Assembly (NCBI GenBank): GCA_003142535.1
Contig: PLMQ01000064.1
Coordinates: 56,354-120,353 of the forward strand
Direction: 5' to 3'
Source: Syntrophaceae bacterium
GTDB lineage: Bacteria; Desulfobacterota; Syntrophia; Syntrophales; Smithellaceae
Length of the DNA stretch: 64,000 nucleotides
Below the pieces are notes generated by a model that saw only the letters and a program-made list of their open reading frames with translations, ran no database searches and was not told the DNA's origin. Position numbers and translations under genes: made by a program. Positions 29,117 to 38,646 of the stretch are shown here, piece after piece. The stretch's first letter is position 1; every line of letters starts with the position of its first letter.

Positions 29117-30802
29117 ATGTATATCGAACCAACACCAGACGACAAAAACAAGAAAAGGTTGCTCCTCTTAATTATCTCCAGAATTGCCATAATTACTCTG
29201 TTTCTGGGAGTCACCATTTTTATTGATATTAGTAAACCGGGGATATCTATATTTCCGTTGGTTCTCCGTTCTTTATATGCAATAATTACCGTTACTTATT
29301 TTTTTTCCATAGTTTATTTCATCTTTCTGAAAATACATAAAGACTTAAAAATTAATATACATTTGCAGCTGGTTGTCGATGTTTTATTAATTACGGTTCT
29401 TGTTTATATTACGGGTAGTTTACGGAGCAATTATTCATTACTATATACTTTAGTCATCATTTATTCGGTTATATTTCTGGGACGCAAAGGTGGTTTAATT
29501 GTTGCCTCGGCTTCGGGAATATCTTACGGTTTGCTTCTCGACCTGGAATATTTCAAATTGATCCCATCCATATCTTCAAGTGATTATGATTATCATCTTA
29601 CATCGGAAGAGGTTTTTGTTCGTATTTTGGTACACTTAGTATCGTTCTACATTCTGGCATTTTTAGCCAGTTTTGTCGTGGAACAGGAAAAGAAAACAAG
29701 GTCTTTATTAGAAGAAAAAGAATCGGCGTTCGATCAACTTGATTTGCTTTTCCGTAGCATCATCGAATCCGTAGATACAGGTGTAATGACTATTAATCTC
29801 TTCGGCCGAATAAAGACATTCAACAGGGCCGCGGAAGATATAACAAGTTTTTCTTTGCCGGAAGTAGAAAATAAACGTATAGAAGACATTTTTCCTGAGT
29901 TCATTCCTTTTTTTATTGCCGAGAAGGTTAATGAACAATCCAAGAGCAGAATGGAAGTTGTAATAAACGGGAAAAAAGCGAAAAGAATAAATCTGGGTTG
30001 TTCAATTTCTCAGCTTAAAGATAAAAATGAAAAACAAATAGGCAATATTTTAATATTTCAGGATCTTACAGAAATTAAGAAGATGGAAGATAATCTGGAA
30101 AAAAGTAAGAGATTAGCGTTAATTGGTGAAATGGCGGCAGGTCTTGCTCATGAAATGAGAAATCCTTTGGCATCTATTTCCGGTTCCATTGAGCTTTTAA
30201 AACAGGGTATTAATCTTGAGGAAACGGACAAGCGCCTCATGCGAATAATCTTACGCGGTAAAGATCAACTGGAAAATTTTGTCCGCGATTTTCTTCTGCT
30301 GGCGCGGTCTGTACCGGTTAAACGTGAATTAGTTAATATAAATGAAATTGCTGATGACGTTATTGAGAATATGAAATTGTCTCCATTTTGGTCGGACAAT
30401 ATAAAGGTAGTTCGTGTATTTGATAAAAAAGTTAATGCATTTGCCAATAAAGAACATGTCCGACAAATTATTCGTAATTTGATACTCAACGCTATTCAGG
30501 CAATGAAGGATACAGGAATTTTAACAATTAAAAACACGACAAGAAAACTTGACGATAAAAACGAATATGTGGAAATTAATGTTACTGATACCGGTTGCGG
30601 AATTGAAGAAAAATATTTACAGAAAATATTTGAACCATTTTTCACGAATAAAGAAAAAGGAACTGGTTTAGGATTAACGATTGTCGGCCGCCTTGTTGAT
30701 GGATATGGTGGAAAAATCAAATTCGAAAGTAAAGTTGATAAAGGCACAACTTGCACGGTATGGCTGCCCGAAATGAAGAAAGATATGCGATCACGGGTAT
30801 AA
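29117..30802 (+). CDS. Sensor histidine kinase (multi-TM N-terminus, PAS, HisKA, HATPase_c); PilS/NtrB-like
   Basis: About six N-terminal hydrophobic helices, H-box AHEMRNPL, and the N, G1 (DTGCGI) and G2 (GTGLGL) boxes. Confidence 0.88.
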   Translation: MYIEPTPDDKNKKRLLLLIISRIAIITLFLGVTIFIDISKPGISIFPLVLRSLYAIITVTYFFSIVYFIFLKIHKDLKINIHLQLVVDVLLITVLVYITGSLRSNYSLLYTLVIIYSVIFLGRKGGLIVASASGISYGLLLDLEYFKLIPSISSSDYDYHLTSEEVFVRILVHLVSFYILAFLASFVVEQEKKTRSLLEEKESAFDQLDLLFRSIIESVDTGVMTINLFGRIKTFNRAAEDITSFSLPEVENKRIEDIFPEFIPFFIAEKVNEQSKSRMEVVINGKKAKRINLGCSISQLKDKNEKQIGNILIFQDLTEIKKMEDNLEKSKRLALIGEMAAGLAHEMRNPLASISGSIELLKQGINLEETDKRLMRIILRGKDQLENFVRDFLLLARSVPVKRELVNINEIADDVIENMKLSPFWSDNIKVVRVFDKKVNAFANKEHVRQIIRNLILNAIQAMKDTGILTIKNTTRKLDDKNEYVEINVTDTGCGIEEKYLQKIFEPFFTNKEKGTGLGLTIVGRLVDGYGGKIKFESKVDKGTTCTVWLPEMKKDMRSRV

Positions 30803-30882
30803 TAACCACCGCTTAGGCGGGATAGTTCAACTTGCCAATCCCGATACGCTACGCTTTCGGAATTGGAGTTTCACTAATAAAT
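30800..30882 (-). repeat. Type-1 modular hairpin repeat, copy C (short form, between kinase and regulator genes)
   Basis: The reverse complement reads ATTTATTAGTGAAACTCCAATTCCGAAAGCGTAGCGTATCGGGATTGGCAAGTTGAACTATCCCGCCTAAGCGGTGGTTATTA. Its end overlaps the kinase TAA stop. Confidence 0.8.
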
Positions 30883-30900
30883 ACTATATGAGGTGTTTGT

Positions 30901-32262
30901 ATGGCGAAAATTCTGGTTGTTGATGACGATCAGGGCATGAGAGAATTTCTGGAAATCATGCTGGCCAAGGAAGGCTATGACGTAACTAGTACTGAAGATC
31001 CGGCTAAAGCAATAAACCTCTGCCGTAAAACTGCTTATGATTTGGTCATTACCGATTTGAAAATGCCCAAAATTGACGGTATTGAATTTCTGAAAACCAT
31101 TAAAGATCAGCGCGCGGAAACAATGGTAATTTTAATTACTGCTTACGCATCGGGAGAAACAGCAGTCAACGCGATGAAAGAGGGTGCTTTTGACTATGTA
31201 GAAAAGGGCGGCAGCAACGAAGAACTGAAAAAAATCGTCCGTGCGGCATTACTCAAGAAAGGAATTGTTGATGATAATGAACAGGTAAAAAAATTATCCG
31301 AAGAGACTGAATTCGGAGGGATGATCGGAACAAATCGTGAGATGCTTAAAATTTATGCAACAATTAAAAAAGTGGCCAATACTACGGCGAATATTTTAAT
31401 TCTGGGAGAAAGTGGTACCGGAAAAGAACTCGTTGCGCGGGCGATCCATGATAATTCAGCACGATCCAATATGCCTTTCAAAGCCATTAACAGTGGTGGC
31501 ATCCCGGAAAATTTGCTGGAGAGCGAACTTTTCGGTTATATGAAGGGCTCGTTTACCGGAGCCTATGCTGACCGGCCGGGACTTTTTGAGATGGCCAGAG
31601 GCGGAACAATGTTTCTTGATGAAATAGGCGAATTGCCTCCGGTCCTGCAGGTAAAACTGTTGCGGGTAGTTCAGGAAAAAACATTCCGGCGCATTGGAGG
31701 CGCGGAAGATATTAAAGTTGATGTGCGGATTATTTCAGCCACCAATCAAAACCTGGAAGAGAGAGTAAAAAAAGGGGAGTTCAGGGAGGACCTTTTTTAC
31801 CGCCTCAATGTCATTCCCATTCATGTGCCGCCCCTGCGTGAACGCAAAGAAGACATACCACTTTTGACAAATCATTTTATAGAGAAATACTCACGGGAGT
31901 TTGGTAAAGAAATAAGAACCATTTCTTCCTATGCCTTGGAGTTATTGATGGATTATGCGTTTCCCGGCAATATCCGTGAGTTGGAAAACATAATTGAACG
32001 CAGTGTGGCTATGGAGACTTCCAATATAATACTGCCGGAAAATTTAGTCTTGTCGTCAAATGCGGCATCAGGTGTGACGAATTTTAATATCGAGATTCCG
32101 GATAAAGGAATTGATTTAAACGAAGAAATGGAAAAAATTGAAAAGAGAATGATTGAAAAAGCTCTGCAAAAAGCCAAAGGATCAAAAACAAAAGCGGCCG
32201 AAATTCTGCATGTAACTTTTGATTCTTTACGCTACCGGATAGAAAAACTGGGGCTGGAGTAG
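30901..32262 (+). CDS. Sigma54-dependent response regulator (REC + AAA+ + Fis-type HTH), NtrC/PilR family
   Basis: REC domain, GESGTGKE Walker A, GSFTGA sigma54-contact motif and a C-terminal HTH. Confidence 0.93.
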   Translation: MAKILVVDDDQGMREFLEIMLAKEGYDVTSTEDPAKAINLCRKTAYDLVITDLKMPKIDGIEFLKTIKDQRAETMVILITAYASGETAVNAMKEGAFDYVEKGGSNEELKKIVRAALLKKGIVDDNEQVKKLSEETEFGGMIGTNREMLKIYATIKKVANTTANILILGESGTGKELVARAIHDNSARSNMPFKAINSGGIPENLLESELFGYMKGSFTGAYADRPGLFEMARGGTMFLDEIGELPPVLQVKLLRVVQEKTFRRIGGAEDIKVDVRIISATNQNLEERVKKGEFREDLFYRLNVIPIHVPPLRERKEDIPLLTNHFIEKYSREFGKEIRTISSYALELLMDYAFPGNIRELENIIERSVAMETSNIILPENLVLSSNAASGVTNFNIEIPDKGIDLNEEMEKIEKRMIEKALQKAKGSKTKAAEILHVTFDSLRYRIEKLGLE

Positions 32263-32423
32263 ATCAATGCGTTGCTGTTTTCGTGGTTTTGTTTTCCGCA
32301 ATATCTTTCGTTATCAGTACTGGCTTCTGACGATTTACTTTTTCCTCTTTGATAGCTGTAGGCTTAATACCGCATTAATACTTTTCATTCCGGACACTGT
32401 GGGCTAAATATTTCACTTTTTCC

Positions 32424-32453
32424 TTGACTTTTCCCGGTTATTTGCACTATATC
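32424..32453 (+). promoter_or_regulatory. Sigma70-like promoter for the leader/ABC operon
   Basis: TTGACT (32424-32429), 18-nt spacer, TATATC (32448-32453). Confidence 0.4.
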
Positions 32454-32478
32454 CCTGACGCTAGAGGTAATAAGAAAG

Positions 32479-32571
32479 ATGAACAAAAAATGTTTTTTTC
32501 AGCAGGCAGATTTTTTCTATTATTTTAGCTTTTATAGCTTTAGCGCTAAGGTCTGCCTGATTGGATCATGA
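32479..32571 (+). CDS. Candidate leader peptide, 30 aa, MNKKCFFQQADFFYYFSFYSFSAKVCLIGS (7 Phe, 3 Tyr)
   Basis: My own translation of the sequence. GAGG lies 11 nt upstream. Eight of the ten codons in 32512-32541 are Phe/Tyr. It sits between promoter-like boxes and a terminator. Confidence 0.45.
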   Translation: MNKKCFFQQADFFYYFSFYSFSAKVCLIGS

Positions 32572-32590
32572 CCGTTACTTAACGAAATGA

Positions 32591-32628
32591 ACCGTGGGCA
32601 GATGAATATCAGCTCGCGGTTTTTTTTT
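32591..32628 (+). terminator. Intrinsic terminator inside the ABC operon leader (attenuator terminator)
   Basis: The 9-bp stem ACCGTGGGC / GCTCGCGGT (two G-U pairs) has a 12-nt loop and is followed by a T8-9 run. It ends 46 nt before the SBP start codon. Confidence 0.65.
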
Positions 32629-32674
32629 GCCATTTATTAAGCAATGTAGCTTTACTCAAAAAGGGGAGGGAAAA

Positions 32675-33877
32675 ATGAAAAAGATAAATGTTTTAATAGC
32701 ATTGCTAGCTGCCGTTTTCTTAGCTGCCGGTTTTAATCAGGCTCAAGCCAAAACAATCAAGGTCGGTGTTGCGATAAATCTGACCGGCCCTGCTTCGAGT
32801 TGGGGACAGTTTCATGAAAAAGGCCAGCGCGATTATTTCCGTTACGTCAATGAAGTTAAAGGCGGCATATCCGGCAATATGATCGAGATGATTTCAGTGG
32901 ACACGGCATATAAAGTTCCGGAAGCCATAGCGGCCGTTCAGAAATTCGCTCTGCAGGATAAAGTGGATATGATCGCTACCTGGGGTGCGGGTGAAGGTCT
33001 TGCCGCTAAACCGATTGTCCAGAAATATAAAATCCCGACTATTAATTATTCCACAAGCTGGGAAATTCTGGAAAAACCTTTTGAATATATGTACCTGCCT
33101 TTCGGCAGCTATAAAATGGATTGTTATGCCGTGCTGGAATACATCCGGGCGATTCATAAGGGAAAAGATGCTCCCAAGGTAGGGCTGCTCACATATAACA
33201 ATGCCTATGGTCGTTCGATTCATGAGCCGAGCAAAGAATATGCAGCCAAATTAAAAATCAATATCGTAGCCATTGAAGAATTCCCGCCCAAGACGGTTGA
33301 TCTGAACACTGAATTGCTCCGTCTGCAAAAAGCCGGTGCTGAATATATTTTTATTCAAATGCTGCCATCCGCGATTATAACGGCTTTCAAAAGCGCTGAT
33401 CGTATTAATTACAGTCCGATGTTTTTAGGAACATGGACATCAACAGACCCCGATTTCTTCAAGATGGGCGCGGGACTCATTCGTGATCGCCTGATCATCC
33501 AATTTCCGGGTGCATTACCTGTTGATAAATCCGCGGGAATGAAAATTATGAAAGAATTGTGGAAACGTTACAAAACAGTGGAAAAGTTTGATGCTTCTTA
33601 TTGGGAGGGCGTCACCATAGGTATGATCATGGAGCGGGCGTTCATCCGTGCCTATGAGAAAAGTAAAGATATTAATCCGGAAACAATAAACGCTGCAATG
33701 GAATCATTCAAAAATGAGGATTTCGGCGGTTTGGTACCTAAAATAACTTACACTAAAGATGATCATGGTGCATCATTTACAGCCCGCATGGTCAGAGTAA
33801 AAGAAGATGGAACGTTTGTCCCGTTAACCAATTTCTACATACCGGGTAAGGATAAGATTAAATTAATCAAAAAGTAA
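32675..33877 (+). CDS. ABC transporter substrate-binding protein, LivK/Peripla_BP_6 family
   Basis: Signal peptide MKKINVLIALLAAVFLAAGFNQAQA after AAGGGGAGGG. Typical KVGV..LTGP N-terminal pattern. The track start at 32627 (TTG) would run through the terminator T-tract. Confidence 0.85.
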   Translation: MKKINVLIALLAAVFLAAGFNQAQAKTIKVGVAINLTGPASSWGQFHEKGQRDYFRYVNEVKGGISGNMIEMISVDTAYKVPEAIAAVQKFALQDKVDMIATWGAGEGLAAKPIVQKYKIPTINYSTSWEILEKPFEYMYLPFGSYKMDCYAVLEYIRAIHKGKDAPKVGLLTYNNAYGRSIHEPSKEYAAKLKINIVAIEEFPPKTVDLNTELLRLQKAGAEYIFIQMLPSAIITAFKSADRINYSPMFLGTWTSTDPDFFKMGAGLIRDRLIIQFPGALPVDKSAGMKIMKELWKRYKTVEKFDASYWEGVTIGMIMERAFIRAYEKSKDINPETINAAMESFKNEDFGGLVPKITYTKDDHGASFTARMVRVKEDGTFVPLTNFYIPGKDKIKLIKK

Positions 33878-33890
33878 TTAAAGGGTTTTC

Positions 33891-34718
33891 ATGAAAGCTT
33901 TTCGCGGTCGGCCGTCAATAATGATCGGTCGGCGAGAAGAAGATAAAAAAGCCGAGTTGGAAATTAAAAATCTGCATCTGAGTTTTGGCGGTGTTACTGC
34001 CGTCAAAGATGTTGATCTTAATGTACATACCGGTGAATTAATGGCCATTATCGGTCCTAACGGGGCGGGTAAAACCAGTCTGCTCAATTGTATCACCGGG
34101 TTTTACCATCCCCAAAAAGGGAATATAATCTTCAATGGCCAGGATATCACCAATTTGCATACCCACAAGCTGGTCGGCGTCGGCATCGGCAGAACATTTC
34201 AGAATATTGAACTGTTTCCGGGTATGACAGTTTTGGCTAATATGACTCTGGCCCGGCACATCCATTGTCATTACAGCTTTCTTAAATCCTGTTTATTTTC
34301 TCCGGCAGTAAAAAAAGAAGAAATACGCCACAGAAAAATATTGGAAGAAATTATCGATTTTCTGGAAATGCAGCCAATTCGGAAAAAAACAGTCGGCTCT
34401 CTGCCTTATGGCATGATGAAAAGAGTGGAACTAGGAAGGGCGCTTGCTCTGGAACCGCGTCTGCTTATTTTAGATGAACCCTTTGCTGGTATGAATCTGG
34501 AAGAAAAAGAGGACATGGTGCGTTTCCTCTTGGAATTGAATCAGAACTGGGGACTGACGATGATTCTAGTTGAACATGACATGTCAATTATTATGAGCAT
34601 TGCCAAGCGTATTATGGTGTTAAATTTTGGTGAAAAAATAGGCGAGGGCACGCCCGAGGAAATCAGCAGCCATCCGGATGTTATTAAAGCTTATCTTGGC
34701 GATGTTGAGGTATTATAA
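33891..34718 (+). CDS. ABC transporter ATP-binding protein, LivG-like
   Basis: GPNGAGKTS Walker A, ABC signature region, LILDEP Walker B. Confidence 0.9.
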   Translation: MKAFRGRPSIMIGRREEDKKAELEIKNLHLSFGGVTAVKDVDLNVHTGELMAIIGPNGAGKTSLLNCITGFYHPQKGNIIFNGQDITNLHTHKLVGVGIGRTFQNIELFPGMTVLANMTLARHIHCHYSFLKSCLFSPAVKKEEIRHRKILEEIIDFLEMQPIRKKTVGSLPYGMMKRVELGRALALEPRLLILDEPFAGMNLEEKEDMVRFLLELNQNWGLTMILVEHDMSIIMSIAKRIMVLNFGEKIGEGTPEEISSHPDVIKAYLGDVEVL

Positions 34719-34748
34719 AAGAAATATTTTGATACAGGCAGAGAAGAT

Positions 34749-36677
34749 TTGGATACGGCAACTCAAACAATTTCACCCGAATATAATTTTACTCTTCCGC
34801 AATTATTAGCTGATAATGCGGCTAAATACGGCAATGCTAAAACGGCGATTCGTGATAAAGCTTATGGTATCTGGCAAACTTACGGCTGGCTTGACTATTA
34901 TCACTATATGCTGAATACTGCCGCCGGTTTTGCCGCGGCCAATCTTCGCCGTGGTGAGACTGTTTGTCTGATTGTGGAAAATCATCCCGAATGGCTTTTT
35001 TGCGAATTGGCGGCACAGGCGGTAGGTGCAACCACTTTAAATTTATTTACATCTTCCGTTGCCGCAGAATTGTGTACGTCAATAACGCGGGTGCGCGCGC
35101 CCATAGTTGTAGTACAAGATCAGGAGCAGGTTGATAAACTGCTGGAAGTTAAAGACAAGCTGACAGATGTTCAGAAAGTAGTTTATATTGACCCTACGGG
35201 GATGTCTTCCTATGCAGGTAATTCCTGGCTCATCAGTTATGCCCAGCTTCTGGAAAACGGAAAATTATATAATCGGGAAAATCAAAAATTCGTTGCCGAA
35301 CAAATCAACAAATGCCGCCCTGATGATATCGCCGTCATGATTCAAACATCCGGCACCACAGGGGTTCCCAAATTAGCGATGCTTTCCCATCGTAATTTGA
35401 CGCAGATGGCGCGGCAATGGACTTCCGCCAATGAAATCAAGCCTCAGGAAAACTGGATGTCTATATCACCCCCGGCCTGGATTGTTGATCAGATGTGGTG
35501 TATGGGTATAGCCCTGCAAAGTGCCATGATAATTAATTTTCCCGAAACAGCGGAAACGGTGCTGGAAGATTTCCGTGATATCGGGCCAACATTACTTATT
35601 ACATCCTCCCGATTCTGGGAAGATATGGCCTCCCGCATTCGAGTAAAAATATCCGATGCCGGATGGTTGAAAAGAAATTTATTTTATTTAGGTGAGAAAG
35701 TCGGGAAATCAGTTGTAGAAAAAAATACTAGGAAAGCCGCTATTCCACTGCCTTTAAACATTTTATACAAATTAATGTCATTACTCGTTTATCGTCCGCT
35801 ATTAGATCGTCTCGGTTGTTCCCGGTTTCGCGGTGCTTTCACCGGAGGCCATCCGATAAGCCCCGATGTAATTCTTTTCTTCCGCGCTATTGGTTTGAAT
35901 TTAAAGCAATGCTATGGCCTGACTGAATCCGGAGGAATTTTTCAAATTCAGCCGGATAATGAAGTTAAACTCGAAACAGTAGGCAAGCCATTGCCCAGTA
36001 CGGAAGTAAAAATTGCCGAAGATCAGGAAGTTCTTGTAAAAAGCCAGGCTAATTTTTCCGGCTATTATAATGATTATCAGGCAACGCAGAATGCCTATGT
36101 TGATGGCTGGTTGAAGACCGGCGATGCCGGTTATATTGATGCGGACGGCCATCTGTTGATAATCGGACGAAAAGAAGATATCATCCGCAATAAAAGCGGG
36201 GAAGCCTTTTCGCCTGATTTCATCGAAACGCGCCTGAAGTTCAGCCCCTATATTAAAGAAGCGGTAACCTTTGGAGAAGGCCGCCCCTTTATCACGGCGA
36301 TGATTAATATTGATCTGGGCAATGTCGGTAACTGGGCGGAAGAGCGCATGATCCCTTACACAACATACATCGATCTTTCGCAGCAATCCGCTGTAGAAGA
36401 ATTGATATTGAAAGAAGTGCGTGAGGTAAATGAACAACTTCCCGACTTAATGAAAATTAAAAAATTTATTTTATTGTATAAATTGCTGGATGCCGATGAA
36501 GAAGAACTGACCCGAACCGGCAAGGTGCGCCGCCGCTTTGTTTACGGCCTGTATATAAAAATTATCGAAGCCATGTACCGCGATGAAAAAAGCATAAGCG
36601 TGCTGGGCAAAATACGCTATCGGGATGGCCGCATCGGTGAAATTGATACAACAGTAAATATCATCAGGGTTAATTAA
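34749..36677 (+). CDS. AMP-dependent acyl-CoA synthetase/ligase embedded in the ABC operon
   Basis: 642-aa ORF with the AMP-binding motif TSGTTGVPK and a later GWLKTGD motif. TTG start. Confidence 0.85.
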   Translation: MDTATQTISPEYNFTLPQLLADNAAKYGNAKTAIRDKAYGIWQTYGWLDYYHYMLNTAAGFAAANLRRGETVCLIVENHPEWLFCELAAQAVGATTLNLFTSSVAAELCTSITRVRAPIVVVQDQEQVDKLLEVKDKLTDVQKVVYIDPTGMSSYAGNSWLISYAQLLENGKLYNRENQKFVAEQINKCRPDDIAVMIQTSGTTGVPKLAMLSHRNLTQMARQWTSANEIKPQENWMSISPPAWIVDQMWCMGIALQSAMIINFPETAETVLEDFRDIGPTLLITSSRFWEDMASRIRVKISDAGWLKRNLFYLGEKVGKSVVEKNTRKAAIPLPLNILYKLMSLLVYRPLLDRLGCSRFRGAFTGGHPISPDVILFFRAIGLNLKQCYGLTESGGIFQIQPDNEVKLETVGKPLPSTEVKIAEDQEVLVKSQANFSGYYNDYQATQNAYVDGWLKTGDAGYIDADGHLLIIGRKEDIIRNKSGEAFSPDFIETRLKFSPYIKEAVTFGEGRPFITAMINIDLGNVGNWAEERMIPYTTYIDLSQQSAVEELILKEVREVNEQLPDLMKIKKFILLYKLLDADEEELTRTGKVRRRFVYGLYIKIIEAMYRDEKSISVLGKIRYRDGRIGEIDTTVNIIRVN

Positions 36678-36688
36678 GGAATCAAACA

Positions 36689-37567
36689 ATGGAATTCTTT
36701 CTGCAATTATTAGTTAATGGTGTTTGTGTAGGATTGCTCTATGGAATATCAGCTATGGGTTTTGTGATGATTTTCAAATCATCCAGCGTTTTGAACTTTG
36801 CCCATGGCGAGCTTTTAGCCCTCGGAGCTTTTTTCTTTTTAGCTCTGATTACCTGGGCCAAGTTACCCATAATTGTTGCTTTCCTTCTTACGCTTGTGGG
36901 CAGCTTTGTCCTTGGTTTTTTAATTGAAAAATTTTTCCTGCGGCCGTTGATTGGTGAAAAACTTATATTCGTAATCATGCTTACCGTAGGCCTGGCTGCC
37001 ATGTTTAAAGGATTAATCCTACTTATCTGGGGTGGAAATTTGCGAACCTATCCTAATTTTTTGCCGGAAACACTGGCGCTGAAATTAGGCACTATTTATA
37101 TCGCCCCTGTTTATTCAGCAACACTGGTTATCAGCGTTCTTTTCCTTGTTTTGTTCGGCTTATTCTTTAAGAAGTCAGCACAGGGAATTTACATGCGCTC
37201 CGTGGCCGATAATCAAATGGCAGCACTGTCCCTCGGAGTTCACGTCCGGAGGGTGTTTGCACTTTCCTGGGCCATTGCCGCAATGGTAGCCGCCATGAGC
37301 GGTATCGTGCTTGGTATAATCAATGGCGTTAATGTTCATGATCTGAGCTCCATCGGCTTAAAAGTCTTTCCTGTGGTCATTCTGGGCGGTCTGGACAGCA
37401 TTGGCGGAGCAATCATCGGCGGAATTATAATCGGATTGCTGGAAACATTCACCGGTGGCTATTTATCGCCTTCTTTAACTGATGTGGTTCCGTATATCGT
37501 GCTTGTGTTTATCTTGCTGGTTAAGCCTTATGGTTTATTTGGCCTAGTCGAAATAGAGAGGGTTTAA
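36689..37567 (+). CDS. Branched-chain-type ABC permease, LivH-like
   Basis: 292-aa polytopic ORF with LivH-like sequence. Confidence 0.88.
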   Translation: MEFFLQLLVNGVCVGLLYGISAMGFVMIFKSSSVLNFAHGELLALGAFFFLALITWAKLPIIVAFLLTLVGSFVLGFLIEKFFLRPLIGEKLIFVIMLTVGLAAMFKGLILLIWGGNLRTYPNFLPETLALKLGTIYIAPVYSATLVISVLFLVLFGLFFKKSAQGIYMRSVADNQMAALSLGVHVRRVFALSWAIAAMVAAMSGIVLGIINGVNVHDLSSIGLKVFPVVILGGLDSIGGAIIGGIIIGLLETFTGGYLSPSLTDVVPYIVLVFILLVKPYGLFGLVEIERV

Positions 37568-38638
37568 ATGAGGAGATTTTCGTTTCATCCCTGCGGAAAT
37601 TATCGCGAAAATTACAAGCAGGAGCTATCCATATTTGAAACAGATTATGGCCGGCTTTGCGTTATATTCTTTCTAATAATATTATTTTTTGTTGCTCCCT
37701 TTGTTGTTAGTCCATACATGCTTTATATTTTAAATACCATCGGCATCGCCGCTATTGCGGCCATTGGTCTGAATATCCTTATTGGTTTTACAGGGCAAAT
37801 ATCTCTCGGGCACGGTGCTTTTTTCGGTGTCGGAGCCTACGCTGCCGCCATATTAGCGACACGGCTGGGATTGGGCTTTTATCTGGCAATACCTGCCGCC
37901 GGTATCATAACTGCACTTGTCGGTATGATTTTCGGTATTCCTTCGGGACGATTAAAAGGCCTTTATTTGACAATTGCTACCCTGGCCGGGCAATTTATCA
38001 TTGAATATGTTTTAATTCATTGGGATAGCCTGACGAAAGGAACGATGGGAATTACTATCCCGGCCCCAAATGTTTTCCATTGGGAAATAGCGGGGGATAA
38101 GTCATTTTTCTTTCTTATCTTCTTGAGCCTTGTTTTAATGACCTGGTTTGCCGTCAATATCATGCGCAGTAAATATGGCCGTGCCTTTATTGCTATCCGT
38201 GATAATGATAGAGCGGCTGAAGGCATGGGCATCCCGATTTTTAAATATAAATTGCTTTCTTTCGGCATCAGTTCATTCTATGCCGGCTTTGCCGGAGCTC
38301 TCTGGGCTTATTACATGGTCAGTATAACCACTGAGCCTTTTAACCTGGGGCTTTCCGTGGAGTACATAGCCATGGTAATAATTGGCGGAATGGGCAACAT
38401 TCCTGGCGCCATATTCGGAGCAACCTTTATTACATTGTTAAATGAGCTTCTTCGTTATGTTACCGGTCTGTTGATGAATGTCGGTTTCGTCACAAGTTCC
38501 GGTTTAAATATGGCGCCGCTGAGAGAATTTGTTTTTGGCTTGGCCATTGTTTTATTTATTTTGCTGGAGCCGCGTGGAATTGCCGAATTATGGAGAATAT
38601 TCCGTTCCAGCTTCCGGCTCTGGCCGTTCTCATATTAA
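37568..38638 (+). CDS. Branched-chain-type ABC permease, LivM-like
   Basis: 356-aa polytopic ORF containing GQISLGHGAFFGVGAY, typical of LivM. Confidence 0.88.
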   Translation: MRRFSFHPCGNYRENYKQELSIFETDYGRLCVIFFLIILFFVAPFVVSPYMLYILNTIGIAAIAAIGLNILIGFTGQISLGHGAFFGVGAYAAAILATRLGLGFYLAIPAAGIITALVGMIFGIPSGRLKGLYLTIATLAGQFIIEYVLIHWDSLTKGTMGITIPAPNVFHWEIAGDKSFFFLIFLSLVLMTWFAVNIMRSKYGRAFIAIRDNDRAAEGMGIPIFKYKLLSFGISSFYAGFAGALWAYYMVSITTEPFNLGLSVEYIAMVIIGGMGNIPGAIFGATFITLLNELLRYVTGLLMNVGFVTSSGLNMAPLREFVFGLAIVLFILLEPRGIAELWRIFRSSFRLWPFSY

Positions 38639-38646
38639 GGTAAACT

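Noticed and set aside
32321-32336. Sigma54 promoter candidates: TGGCTTCTGACGATTT upstream of the ABC operon, and TGGCACAATATAATG at 46194-46208.
   Set aside because: The GG is present, but no GC dinucleotide sits at the -12 spacing in either case.
32627-32674. N-terminal extension of the substrate-binding protein from the TTG at 32627 (ORF track start).
   Set aside because: That start lies in the T-tract of the leader terminator. ATG 32675 has a strong AAGGGGAGGG Shine-Dalgarno sequence and begins a textbook signal peptide.
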